Shown one piece after another: positions 1-9,280 of a stretch of 64,000 bases of DNA. The translations under genes were made by a program, and so were the position numbers. Position 1 is the stretch's first letter. The number at the start of each line of letters is the position of its first letter. The notes below the pieces were generated by a model. That model was not told the origin of the DNA. It saw only the letters and a program-made list of their open reading frames with translations, and did not search any database. The DNA lies in IMG/VR virus record IMGVR_UViG_3300025395_000007. One strand, 5' to 3'. Source of the stretch: a virus.

Positions 1-700
1 TACCAATAATTGTTTCATATTCTTCGGGTGAACCTGAAAGGTGTGATATATGCATTGCAGGATCGTTTAAATTTAAATGAAAATGAATTATATGTCTAAT
101 ATTATCAAGTGGTGCATTTGGATCGCGATCACTTTCTCCCGATGCAAATCCTCTTGCTATTCCTTTAGAATGTGTAGCTGAAATAAATGCAGGTGAATGC
201 ATTTGACCATTTTCATCGATATGTTTTTCTGGGTCAAAACCAACACCTGAATATAAACTTACAGGAACTTGAATTCTATTATTATTTATTGAATTATCTA
301 AAGAGTTAACAGTAGGCTTATGTCTCTCTGCTAAATTATTATCCAATAAACCACCATTTAACAAATGACTTCCTAACCCAGTATATTTCGTAATAACTTT
401 AGCATCATCAGGATTTAAATTTTGTTTACCTGTTATTTTATCTGCTATTTCATCATCATGTTCTTCTGTTCTTGGTTTTTGTTTAGTCAAATGACTGTTA
501 TCGTTTGTTTCATGCCAATCATTTATATGACCGACAACTGGCTTTGCAGGTTGTGTATCTTCTTTTACATGTTTAAAATGTATCGGAGAAGGTGTAACAG
601 CTTTTGTTTTTGGAACTGAGATATGTTTGAAATGAATAACCGCTGGAATAGTTGGCGGTGCTTTTTTAATAGTTTTAATAAATTGTTTAAATTTCTTCAT
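1..700 (-). CDS. Alt/VIP2-like ADP-ribosyltransferase, probable internal head protein; 3' end runs off the window and the ORF is not in the track
   Basis: Manual translation from ATG at 700: MKKFKQFIK...KYTGLGSHLLNGG...LYSGVGFDP...PAFISATHS...HIIHFHL...SGSPEEYETII. This follows the R-S-E ART fold pattern; a late promoter TATAAATA lies at 725-732 (-). Confidence 0.7.
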   Translation of the reverse strand, partial: MKKFKQFIKTIKKAPPTIPAVIHFKHISVPKTKAVTPSPIHFKHVKEDTQPAKPVVGHINDWHETNDNSHLTKQKPRTEEHDDEIADKITGKQNLNPDDAKVITKYTGLGSHLLNGGLLDNNLAERHKPTVNSLDNSINNNRIQVPVSLYSGVGFDPEKHIDENGQMHSPAFISATHSKGIARGFASGESDRDPNAPLDNIRHIIHFHLNLNDPAMHISHLSGSPEEYETIIG

Positions 701-724
701 GACTATTCCTACAGAGATTTTTAA

Positions 725-732
725 TATTTATA
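725..732 (-). promoter_or_regulatory. T4-type late promoter
   Basis: Exact TATAAATA on the minus strand, 25 nt upstream of the ATG at 700. Confidence 0.75.
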
Positions 733-750
733 TAAATGAGAAATGGGGTG

Positions 751-780
751 AAAAAAAAGACGAGCTTTTCAGCTCGTCTT
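751..780 (-). terminator. Rho-independent terminator
   Basis: AAGACGAGCT-GAAA-AGCTCGTCTT followed by a T run on the minus strand. Confidence 0.85.
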
Positions 781-890
781 AACTAACGAAAATACGGTTG
801 AGTGGAACCCCACCATTTGCTCTCAACTATTCCGTGTCTCCTCGACTCGTGCCTCTACGCATTGTAGCGTATACATATTTTCGTTTGATA
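781..890 (-). ncRNA. Putative structured ncRNA of unknown family (multi-stem junction, possible pseudoknot)
   Basis: 12-bp closing stem (AACGAAAATATG/CGTATTTTCGTT) with three internal hairpins, bounded by late-like CTAAATA (894-900) and a terminator; no ORF. Confidence 0.6.
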
Positions 891-905
891 GATTATTTAG
901 TCATC

Positions 906-1103
906 TCATAGAGATTTAAACTGAGATAAATCAACTTTTTTTAAAATAAATTTTGGAGTCCAACCATCAAATGCGCCTCCAAAGTTAAGGCGACGCAGCA
1001 TAGTTTTCGCATCATCTCTGGTCTTGAAAATCTCTATTGTTTGGTTGGTTGGTACTTCATGAACCTCGAATTTACCGTGTTTTTCAATGATTTTGTAATT
1101 CAT
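906..1103 (-). CDS. Hypothetical protein
   Basis: ORF in a tightly packed operon downstream of gp41. Confidence 0.7.
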   Translation of the reverse strand: MNYKIIEKHGKFEVHEVPTNQTIEIFKTRDDAKTMLRRLNFGGAFDGWTPKFILKKVDLSQFKSL

Positions 1104-1336
1104 GAAATGCCAAACCTTTTACCGTTTTTATCAAAGTACTGAGGAAACTCAAGGTAGTGCTCTATTGCAGCTACTGCTTCCTCATAGGTTTCATACTGAC
1201 CTAACATCTCATAATCATCCCAACGATCATATGGCACTGCCTTACGCAGGATATACTTTCTGGTTGTTACGATATTACCAGTATATATTTCAATCTTAAA
1301 AGTAGGGCGTTTTTTCTTTTTCTTAAATGGCCACAT
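1100..1336 (-). CDS. Hypothetical protein
   Basis: Start and stop overlap the neighbouring ORFs. Confidence 0.65.
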   Translation of the reverse strand: MWPFKKKKKRPTFKIEIYTGNIVTTRKYILRKAVPYDRWDDYEMLGQYETYEEAVAAIEHYLEFPQYFDKNGKRFGIS

Positions 1337-1548
1337 TATTTCTTATCCATCATTATAACATTGCCTGGAAACCCACTATAGGTTTCTTCCAGTTTTTTAT
1401 TAGTTTCCTCGATTTTACCCATCAACCCAAACATCTCCATAGTCTGTTGTGTAGATAAATCAGATAAGCTAACTCCGCCGTATTTCACCAGCTTCAGCTG
1501 TTCTAGAACAGCTGCTAGATCTTTTCTATATTGTTCAGCATCATCCAT
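1336..1548 (-). CDS. Hypothetical protein
   Basis: Translationally coupled to the gp41 stop. Confidence 0.65.
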   Translation of the reverse strand: MDDAEQYRKDLAAVLEQLKLVKYGGVSLSDLSTQQTMEMFGLMGKIEETNKKLEETYSGFPGNVIMMDKK

Positions 1549-2951
1549 TATTTAAACTCCGCAAACTTTTTCTTATCGAACTTTGATTTTGGCTTGTTGC
1601 GTTCATAATCTTGTTCGCCAAAATTTGTTTTATCCATAATAGGCTTATCATCTATAATATCATCTTGAGCAGATTGTTCAACGTCGTAAAGTCGCATTTT
1701 TGTACGATCAATACCAACAACGAACCGACGATGATTCCCTGCATCGTTATAGCGATTCTTGAGCTGTTTAACCATAATTTGACCGAGTGCTTCCAACTCT
1801 TCGGACGTTGAGATCCCAAACATAAAATCAGCTGTGGCTGGGAGTCCAAAGGATTCTGATGTATCTTCCAATCCCAAGTCGCTGTTCGAATAGCCGCTTC
1901 GAGTTGTTTGAGTCGCAGAGATGAGAGGTACATCGAACTCCACTGCAAGCCCTCGTAGTTCTTCTGCGATCGCTTTGACAAGGGTATAAGAATTGACGTT
2001 GGCTCCATGTTTTATCCTCGATGACATGCAAATGTTCAAATAATCAATATAGATAACGTCTGGCATAAACTTCTTCTTCAACTTCAATTCATTAATTAAA
2101 TGTCGGAAGTTAGCCGAGCCAGCACAGGCGGTTGGGTATTCTTTAACGATAAGCTTACCAGTTGTTTTACCTTTGATCTTGGCCATCTTTTTATCATACA
2201 AATCTTTTGGGATAATCTCGAGTTCCTGAATAGGAATATCAAGAAGATTTGCATCAATACGCTTGGCAATTTCCTTGTCGGCCATTTCCAAAGTAATGTA
2301 CAGAACATTTTTACCTGTCAAAAGATTAGCAGCCGCCATATGACACATGGTCAATGACTTACCAACACCAGTACCTGCCAAGATGATATTAAGAGTTTTG
2401 TTTGGTAAACCACCATTAGTGATTTTGTTAAAGTAATCGAGGTCGAATGGTAGACGATTTTCTTTCTTGTGATAGAACTCAAACCGATCTTCGGCGTTCT
2501 CAATAAAGTCATGACCAATATGTGTATCAAAGCTGACACCAAGTGCATCGGAAAGAACCTGTGGAATAGATCCTTTCGATTTTACTCCTGTCTTGTCATC
2601 AAGGATTTGAATACTTTCCATGATAGCATTATATACTGCCTTTTCCTGACAGAACTTTTCAGTTTGATCGACCAACCAATCTGTTTGAGTATCTTCTTTT
2701 GTTAGACCTTCAATTGCTTCTACAACGCTCTTGAACGTGTGTTCATTCAACCCCGTTTTATTCGACAAATCAATCGCCATGGCTTCTTTTGACGGAAGGG
2801 CATTGTACTTGGCGACGTATTCATCGATGAGGTTGAATGTAACTCTATCTTTCGGATCAGAAAAATACTCTCCTTTGAGGAATGGAATAACTTTCCGAGC
2901 ATATTCTTCATTAAATATAAGGTTCGAAAAGATAGTGTTCTCAATCGCCAT
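1548..2951 (-). CDS. 41: Replicative DNA helicase (DnaB-like, T4 gp41)
   Basis: Walker A AGTGVGKS, YITLEM, IYIDYLNI, SATQTTR, ESFGLPATADFMF, KQLKNRY motifs. Confidence 0.97.
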   Translation of the reverse strand: MAIENTIFSNLIFNEEYARKVIPFLKGEYFSDPKDRVTFNLIDEYVAKYNALPSKEAMAIDLSNKTGLNEHTFKSVVEAIEGLTKEDTQTDWLVDQTEKFCQEKAVYNAIMESIQILDDKTGVKSKGSIPQVLSDALGVSFDTHIGHDFIENAEDRFEFYHKKENRLPFDLDYFNKITNGGLPNKTLNIILAGTGVGKSLTMCHMAAANLLTGKNVLYITLEMADKEIAKRIDANLLDIPIQELEIIPKDLYDKKMAKIKGKTTGKLIVKEYPTACAGSANFRHLINELKLKKKFMPDVIYIDYLNICMSSRIKHGANVNSYTLVKAIAEELRGLAVEFDVPLISATQTTRSGYSNSDLGLEDTSESFGLPATADFMFGISTSEELEALGQIMVKQLKNRYNDAGNHRRFVVGIDRTKMRLYDVEQSAQDDIIDDKPIMDKTNFGEQDYERNKPKSKFDKKKFAEFK

Positions 2952-3011
2952 TTCCAGTCTTTCTCCATCACGTTCTTACAATATAGTTCTTTAGTCACAA
3001 TCATCTCAAAT

Positions 3012-3230
3012 TTAAACAACTGCAAAATCTCTTACATTACCAAATACGCCAAGAACATAATTTTCAGCAACATCCTGAACGAAATGAATGCTCTTACTTA
3101 CATATTCTGTAGTATGATAATACTCTTCATTTTGATAAAAGTCAACACTAAATGTGTCGTTGTTGACTTTTAATATCGCTACTCTCGATCTATCATTATT
3201 TGCGTATTCGGTTAAAATACTATTCGCCAT
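3012..3230 (-). CDS. Hypothetical protein (start MANSILTEY)
   Basis: ORF between uvsX and 41; the ATG overlaps the uvsX end. Confidence 0.65.
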   Translation of the reverse strand: MANSILTEYANNDRSRVAILKVNNDTFSVDFYQNEEYYHTTEYVSKSIHFVQDVAENYVLGVFGNVRDFAVV

Positions 3231-4263
3231 CTTCTTCCTCCATGATAGAGCCTGTCGCCATCCGATATGTCTTTTCAATATATTGTGAGAAGTCAGTTTC
3301 TTTGAAAATCTTCATCCAGAAATCTTTATTGTCAACAATATCACCTGCTCTCATATTTGGAGCCTTAACCTCGCCAGTTGCACGATCCACAACAGCGTAC
3401 CATCCATTTTTAGGCTTGATAATAAAGCCTCCATCAAGAGCAACGTCAAGCAATCCGCTCCAACGATTAATACCGCCATCAAAAGATACAGTGATAGGGA
3501 TCTTAGATTTTTCTTTAACATAACGAGACTTTTCTACATTGATCACAAAGTGGTATCCATTGATACCATCGGCATCTTTATCCTGCTGACGACCAAGAAT
3601 CCAGATATTGTCCGAACCATAGTAAGAACCAGTACCACCACCAACAATATCCTTTGGATACAGACCAATTTCTTTATAGGTGTGATTGATTACGACCATA
3701 GGAATATCTTTGAGAGATAGATGCGGCGTAATCATTCGGAACAATGACTTCAACTGCTTTGCGCGAGACATATCAGCAACTGACTTACCATCAAGCGCAT
3801 CATCAACTTCCTTCTTGGAAGCCAAGTTACCAATCGAGTCAATAATAATCATAACATGATCGTTACGTTCGATGTTCTTCATCTGCTGCATAATATCGAA
3901 CTTGAGTTCTTCAATATCAGTAATTGGAGTATGAACAACCGAGTCAAAATCAATACCGAATGTCTTGAAATAAGACTGAGGAGTACCAAACTCAGAGTCA
4001 TAGAAAAGAACGATACCGTCTTTGTACTTCTTTAGATATGAGGAAGCAAGTAATAGTGCAAAGCCAGTCTTGAAGTGCTTTGATGGTCCAGCTAACATGG
4101 TTAGTCCTGGAGTAATACCTCCATCAACTGATCCCGACAGTGCGACATTGATCATAGGCACGGAAGTAGGAATCATGTCCTTCTTCATAAAGATTTTACT
4201 ATCTGTAAGGCTCGCTGTTAAATCAATCGTACTGTTCTTGATTAGTTTTTCTTTTAATGACAT
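3220..4263 (-). CDS. uvsX: RecA-like recombinase UvsX
   Basis: AGPSKHFKT, YDSEFG, IDSIGNLASKKE, VGGGTG, VEKSRYVKEKSKIP. Confidence 0.97.
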   Translation of the reverse strand: MSLKEKLIKNSTIDLTASLTDSKIFMKKDMIPTSVPMINVALSGSVDGGITPGLTMLAGPSKHFKTGFALLLASSYLKKYKDGIVLFYDSEFGTPQSYFKTFGIDFDSVVHTPITDIEELKFDIMQQMKNIERNDHVMIIIDSIGNLASKKEVDDALDGKSVADMSRAKQLKSLFRMITPHLSLKDIPMVVINHTYKEIGLYPKDIVGGGTGSYYGSDNIWILGRQQDKDADGINGYHFVINVEKSRYVKEKSKIPITVSFDGGINRWSGLLDVALDGGFIIKPKNGWYAVVDRATGEVKAPNMRAGDIVDNKDFWMKIFKETDFSQYIEKTYRMATGSIMEEEDGE

Positions 4264-4334
4264 TAATATCTCCTAAATCTAAATTATCTATTTTTAGTAT
4301 ACCATAAGTTTAATCGAAAGTCAAGCGTTTTCTA

Positions 4335-6794
4335 TCACCCGAAAAAACTTTCCAATGTTGATATGTGTTCTACTTTCCAATTAATAGCATTAGCAATGGA
4401 CTTTAGCGGCTCCAAATATGATTTACTAAATTGCATATCACGATCAATATATGAATCCAAATTAAATTCTTTTGGTAAATAATCAATCGCTGCAATTACA
4501 GTATCATTGATAGGATTTGGTGTTTTAAGATAAACAAACTTAATCTTATCACCATCCTGAATCATTGGTATACTATCTATTTTATGTTTATTCAATAGAT
4601 GATTAAACAACAGAACACCCTTGACTTGAATTGGTGTTCCCTTACCATAGATAGAATGTTTATCGCGATACTTACTCAAACCTTTAACGCCTCGAGGAAA
4701 TGCTACATCTTCAAATGGAAGATCCATAAACTCGTTACGAAAATCTTCATTGAACTTGATCAGTTCCTCTTCATCGCCATTCATAATAATACTTAGAGCT
4801 GCCTTTAACTTCTCGCGGCATGCATGAGGCGTTGATGAACGAACAGCTTCGATGCCCTGAATCTTCAGCTTTGGCTTATCATACTGCACACCTTCAACGT
4901 TCCAAGCGTTGAGGATATACATCTTCTTTGCTTTCCAAATACCTTTATTGGCAATGGTTTCGCGTTTCATCTTCATTTTCTGCTGATATGCGTTCATCAT
5001 ATCAGCTAGTTCTTCATAACACTTATCCATAAACGGTTGGATTTTACCTTCACAGAAATCATCAATTAGCTTTACAGCTTTAAGCTGATCCGAACCATCA
5101 GGAATAAGATTAGAAAAAGTAATATAGATGGAATCAGTGTCTGAAGCAACAACATAATCAACTCCTTGAGTTCTACACACCTTGTTCATGAACTCGTTCA
5201 TTTTCTTTTCGATCCAACGAATAGAAAGCTGACCTGATGTTGTAATTGATTCGGCATTATTAAAACTAAACCAACGGAAATACTTATTACCCAATGCACC
5301 GTAAGCTGAGTTCAACTGAATTTTACGAGCCAATTGCATATTATGATAACGAGAAACTAACTTAGAATCTTCTGGATTTTTAGTTTCCTCATATCGTTTC
5401 TTAGCTTCAATCATCAGCTTTTTATATTCTGCTCGTTCGTTATACATCTTTTCCATAAGAGCAGGTAGGAAACCTTGTTTGTCCTTACGGTATGTACAAC
5501 CATTAGCAGCATAAGCTACCATTCCATCTTGATATTCCCAAGTACCATCCAATAGAGAATCAATTGAAGGGAAACTTTTCCTTTCAACGAATGTTTCAGG
5601 GCTGATATTATATTGCATGATCAAATGCGGATAAAGACTATTCAAATCGAAAGATACAATCCAATTATGAAGACCTTCCTGAACTTCTTTAACGTGACCA
5701 CCGACCAATTCAAAATCTTCTTTTGATTCTTTGAATTGAGGAATAACAATACCCTGCTCAAGTAGATAGTTATGAATGATAATATCCCATGGACGAACGG
5801 TAGTCATTGTATCATTATAGTTTACCTTGGCATCATAGGCCAGAGCCATGACTTGCTCAAGGAACTTCATCTTGTCATCTAGTCGGTCAACCAGCACACA
5901 GTCATGAATATTATACTCAATAAACTTCTGATAATTATTTTTATATAGATCCAATAGATTACCATACTCTGAGTAATCAATTTTTTTCTCACCAAGTTCG
6001 ACCTGAGAAATATAATCTAGCTTATAGCTTTCTTGATTACCAAACGTAAACTTACGATATAGCTGATAGTAATCCAAAACAGAAATACCTGCAGGAGAAT
6101 AACTTTGATTCTCTTTGCCTCGGAACTCTACTGTTTTTGTATCAAGAATATGCCATGGCGACAGCCGCTTGGTTTCTTTATCGTTGAATAGGTTCTTGAT
6201 ACGATTGGTCAAATATGGAATGTCAAAGAACTCAATATTCCAACCAGTGACAATATCTAGATCAAGAAACTCCCATGTCTTTAGAAACTCTTGAATGAGG
6301 TGATGCTCATCGCGACATTGAACATAAAATGTATTCAGGTCATTTGTCTTAAACTCACCACAACCGAACACATAGTTTCTCGCCCTGACACGAACAGTAA
6401 TCGCAGTCAGAGGCTTATCAGCTTTGGTGATGTCAGGAAATCCTTCATCGGCTGCGCACTCAATATCAAGTGTACCGATGTTTACTAGACGAGGATCGTA
6501 ATCGATGTCGCCTTTAAATGTATCAAAGATATAAAGATAAGGGAAAGTAGTAAGCCCATAGATATCCATATTAGATACATCACTGTACCGTTCAATGAAC
6601 TCTCTTGCATCACTAATACTATCAAAATCAATTTTATCTACAGGCTTACCATCTAGCGTTCGAAACTTACCATTTGTTTTTGGAACGAACATATATGGAG
6701 AATAATTAACTATCTCTTTTGTTCTAAGACCTTTATCGAATCCGCGAACATAAACCTTGTTGCCACGTTGAAATACGTTTGTATAAAAAGCCAT
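4335..6794 (-). CDS. 43: Family B DNA polymerase (T4 gp43), unsplit
   Basis: ExoI DIE, GWNIEFFDIPY, SFDLNSLYPH, KIQLNSAYG, ASDTDS. Likely start MAFYTNV with an AAGGAG RBS. Confidence 0.98.
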   Translation of the reverse strand: MAFYTNVFQRGNKVYVRGFDKGLRTKEIVNYSPYMFVPKTNGKFRTLDGKPVDKIDFDSISDAREFIERYSDVSNMDIYGLTTFPYLYIFDTFKGDIDYDPRLVNIGTLDIECAADEGFPDITKADKPLTAITVRVRARNYVFGCGEFKTNDLNTFYVQCRDEHHLIQEFLKTWEFLDLDIVTGWNIEFFDIPYLTNRIKNLFNDKETKRLSPWHILDTKTVEFRGKENQSYSPAGISVLDYYQLYRKFTFGNQESYKLDYISQVELGEKKIDYSEYGNLLDLYKNNYQKFIEYNIHDCVLVDRLDDKMKFLEQVMALAYDAKVNYNDTMTTVRPWDIIIHNYLLEQGIVIPQFKESKEDFELVGGHVKEVQEGLHNWIVSFDLNSLYPHLIMQYNISPETFVERKSFPSIDSLLDGTWEYQDGMVAYAANGCTYRKDKQGFLPALMEKMYNERAEYKKLMIEAKKRYEETKNPEDSKLVSRYHNMQLARKIQLNSAYGALGNKYFRWFSFNNAESITTSGQLSIRWIEKKMNEFMNKVCRTQGVDYVVASDTDSIYITFSNLIPDGSDQLKAVKLIDDFCEGKIQPFMDKCYEELADMMNAYQQKMKMKRETIANKGIWKAKKMYILNAWNVEGVQYDKPKLKIQGIEAVRSSTPHACREKLKAALSIIMNGDEEELIKFNEDFRNEFMDLPFEDVAFPRGVKGLSKYRDKHSIYGKGTPIQVKGVLLFNHLLNKHKIDSIPMIQDGDKIKFVYLKTPNPINDTVIAAIDYLPKEFNLDSYIDRDMQFSKSYLEPLKSIANAINWKVEHISTLESFFG

Positions 6795-6882
6795 CAAATA
6801 CTCCTTGTATATGTCCCGAGCAAAATGCTTCACAGACACTATTCATTATATTACTATAGATTATATTGAAAGTCAAGTTTTA

Positions 6883-8364
6883 TTAATCAGTTATAGAACG
6901 GCCATAATTTTTATTTGCCATATTGTCATATACCAAATCTCTATCATTAGTTTCTTTTAATTTATCTTCTTTAAATCGATCTAAAGTTTTACCTTTTTGA
7001 TTTTGTCTTATAACTTTTTTCAAGTTTATTCCTCGTTCCGCTGCTAATGCTTGAGCATTTTCTTTGATATAAGGATAAGGATCATGTAATCCAGCTATAA
7101 CATGTCTATCTTTTATGTTTGGATTTGTTAATGCTACGTGTCTAACATAATGATACGAGTCATTCATCATTCTATCAAGTTGTTCTGGTGTTGCTTTTGG
7201 ATGTTGGGCGGCGGCTACTCTCATTCTAGAATCAGGATCTTTCATTGCTTGTTCAATGTGTGCAGGAGTTATATCAGGATGTTTCATCGCCTCTGCTCTT
7301 ACTAAAGAAGAAGGATCACTTAATGCAGTAGAAATATTTTCTCTCGAAAAATTTGGATGATTTACTAAATCTTTTCTTACATGTTCACTATCAAGATTTT
7401 TAAAAAGTGCGTTAATATCTTCTGGTGTAAGATTTGGATGACGAGAAACAGCTGCTCTTACAGCTTGTTTCGGATGATTAATATAATCTATGGGATTAGC
7501 ATCAGCGCCGAATATTACTGAAGGAGCGCCTTTAGGAGCATCATTGTATACATATGGATTTTTTCTATATGCTGCATTTCCACCTGGATAATGAGTCTCT
7601 GCCCATTTTCTTACTGTATGACTAAATGAATTATCCGCAGTACCATATCCTTTTTCTTCAGGTCTTAAAATAGTTTTATCTCCTTTTATTTGTGTATCAT
7701 CTACATTTTCCCAAGGCTTCAACATAATTCTAGAAAGCGGATGTTTAGCTTCATGATCACCTGCTTTGGTAAGATATGCAGCTACAGAACCTTGTTCAAC
7801 ATCATGTTGAAGATAATGATTAAACATACCACCTTCATCGTCTTCATCTTCTGGCATTCTCATGCATGAATTCCAACCACGATCAGTAGATGCACCTGCA
7901 ATATCATGTGGATGACGAGATAAAACTATTTGTAACCCACCAGTAGATGCTTTACTTGCAGCACGTGCAGGATCGTTTTGAAAAGCATTAACAACGTCAG
8001 GCGTTGCTCCTGTTTTTTGCAACAAAGAACCTATTCTTAAGGAGCGTTTAGGATAGTTTGGATCTTCCGCTAATCCTGCAGTATAATCTTTGATTTTGTA
8101 ACCATTAGATTGTAAATGATTAGCAACATCTGGATGGGGTTGTACAGCTTCACCTGAAGCTTCAAGAGGTATTGTAACTCTGTGTTGATCTGGTGGAAAA
8201 ATATTATCTGATACTCTTCCAGATTTTCTACTGATTGTTCCTGAAGGGCCAGAGTTCCAGCTGTCAACAATTGACTTTTGATAATCATTTAATTCTTCAG
8301 TAAGGCGTGCATCTTTATAGCCATACTTAATAGTTTCGTTGAAAAATTTACTAAATGATCTCAT
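6883..8364 (-). CDS. Putative internal head (ejected) protein with C-terminal HEAT-like repeats
   Basis: N-terminus MRSFSKFFNE...LTEE resembles T4-type capsid-targeting and cleavage leaders; about 24-aa repeats of the form VR..A..HP..TPE.I..AL.D. Confidence 0.6.
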   Translation of the reverse strand: MRSFSKFFNETIKYGYKDARLTEELNDYQKSIVDSWNSGPSGTISRKSGRVSDNIFPPDQHRVTIPLEASGEAVQPHPDVANHLQSNGYKIKDYTAGLAEDPNYPKRSLRIGSLLQKTGATPDVVNAFQNDPARAASKASTGGLQIVLSRHPHDIAGASTDRGWNSCMRMPEDEDDEGGMFNHYLQHDVEQGSVAAYLTKAGDHEAKHPLSRIMLKPWENVDDTQIKGDKTILRPEEKGYGTADNSFSHTVRKWAETHYPGGNAAYRKNPYVYNDAPKGAPSVIFGADANPIDYINHPKQAVRAAVSRHPNLTPEDINALFKNLDSEHVRKDLVNHPNFSRENISTALSDPSSLVRAEAMKHPDITPAHIEQAMKDPDSRMRVAAAQHPKATPEQLDRMMNDSYHYVRHVALTNPNIKDRHVIAGLHDPYPYIKENAQALAAERGINLKKVIRQNQKGKTLDRFKEDKLKETNDRDLVYDNMANKNYGRSITD

Positions 8365-8365
8365 T

Positions 8366-8965
8366 TTAGCTTCCAATAACTTCTTGTGCTCTTGCATACA
8401 TTGCAATGCGTTGACTTAAACCAATATCACCACCATTAATACGGCGGCTTACTTTTTCTACATCATCTGAAATAGTATTAATATGATTTGCATCCCAGAA
8501 CCAACCAGCAGACATAATCGCGCCTTCTTCTGTCTTCGTATATTCTACTACTTCTTCTAATGTTTTTTCAACTGACTGTGCAAATTTCTCGTAACTATAT
8601 TTACCAGTAACTTGAATAGCACCGCGACCACGGTAAAGATATCCATCACCGCTTGTTTCATCGCCATTGCCCATACGATTAGCATAAATCAAATTGGCAA
8701 TTTTCTCAGGTTGATGAGCGTAATCATTAGGATCTTTATCTTGAAAATATCTTGGGAAAATACGCATTAACTGTGATGCGGTATAATTTAAATTTTCTTC
8801 TAATTCTCTGAAACCACCTGACTCAACACCAATTTGTGCGATAAACATAGCAGGGTTATTAATACCATAATCTTCTATTGTTTTATTGACAGGTTCAACA
8901 AATATTGCAAGTTTATGGTTATTTCTATGCTGGAATATATCCATCAAGTTTTCTTCAGTAATCAT
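8366..8965 (-). CDS. Glycoside hydrolase family 19 endolysin
   Basis: FIAQIGVESGGF..LEENLNY, YANRMGNG, YRGRGAIQVTGK, SAGWFW, RRINGG. Confidence 0.92.
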   Translation of the reverse strand: MITEENLMDIFQHRNNHKLAIFVEPVNKTIEDYGINNPAMFIAQIGVESGGFRELEENLNYTASQLMRIFPRYFQDKDPNDYAHQPEKIANLIYANRMGNGDETSGDGYLYRGRGAIQVTGKYSYEKFAQSVEKTLEEVVEYTKTEEGAIMSAGWFWDANHINTISDDVEKVSRRINGGDIGLSQRIAMYARAQEVIGS

Positions 8966-8982
8966 TTCATCACCTTTATGTA

Positions 8983-9009
8983 AAAATAGTGGGCGCTAAC
9001 CCACTATTT
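8983..9009 (-). terminator. Hairpin terminator after the hsp20 operon
   Basis: Inverted repeat AAAATAGTGGG/CCCACTATTT with a T tail on the minus strand. Confidence 0.65.
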
Positions 9010-9013
9010 ATTA

Positions 9014-9070
9014 CTATTTGCCAGTACCATTATTAATTAGTACTAATTCATCAACTGTATAGGGCCACAT
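9014..9070 (-). CDS. 18-aa micro-ORF MWPYTVDELVLINNGTGK
   Basis: Manual translation; AGGGAG RBS upstream; last ORF before the terminator. Confidence 0.45.
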   Translation of the reverse strand: MWPYTVDELVLINNGTGK

Positions 9071-9106
9071 GTTACTACTCCCTAATATCAGGCCATCCAG
9101 GAGTAA

Positions 9107-9280
9107 TCATAATATACTCCATGTACGGCTATTCGATTGCTTTAACTCAAATTCTCTAGCATATTGTTCAACCTGAGAAATACTCTGTGGGTTTCTAGAA
9201 ATAATATATTGTTCTTCTGCACTTCTTTGCTTAGATGAATTTTTCTTATTTTTAAAGATCCTAGAAAGAAATTTGGTCAT
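9107..9280 (-). CDS. 57-aa small protein (MTKFLSRIF...EEQYIISRNPQSISQVEQYAREFE)
   Basis: Manual translation; ATGA overlap with the DUF1127 ORF; GGGAG RBS. Confidence 0.65.
   Translation of the reverse strand: MTKFLSRIFKNKKNSSKQRSAEEQYIISRNPQSISQVEQYAREFELKQSNSRTWSIL

Noticed and set aside
422-619. Plus-strand hydrophobic 65-aa ORF
   Set aside because: Antisense to the ADP-ribosyltransferase-like gene that runs off the left edge.
1548-6794. Inteins or introns in gp41, UvsX or gp43
   Set aside because: Lengths are typical, the motifs are contiguous, and there is no C-...-HN splice signature.
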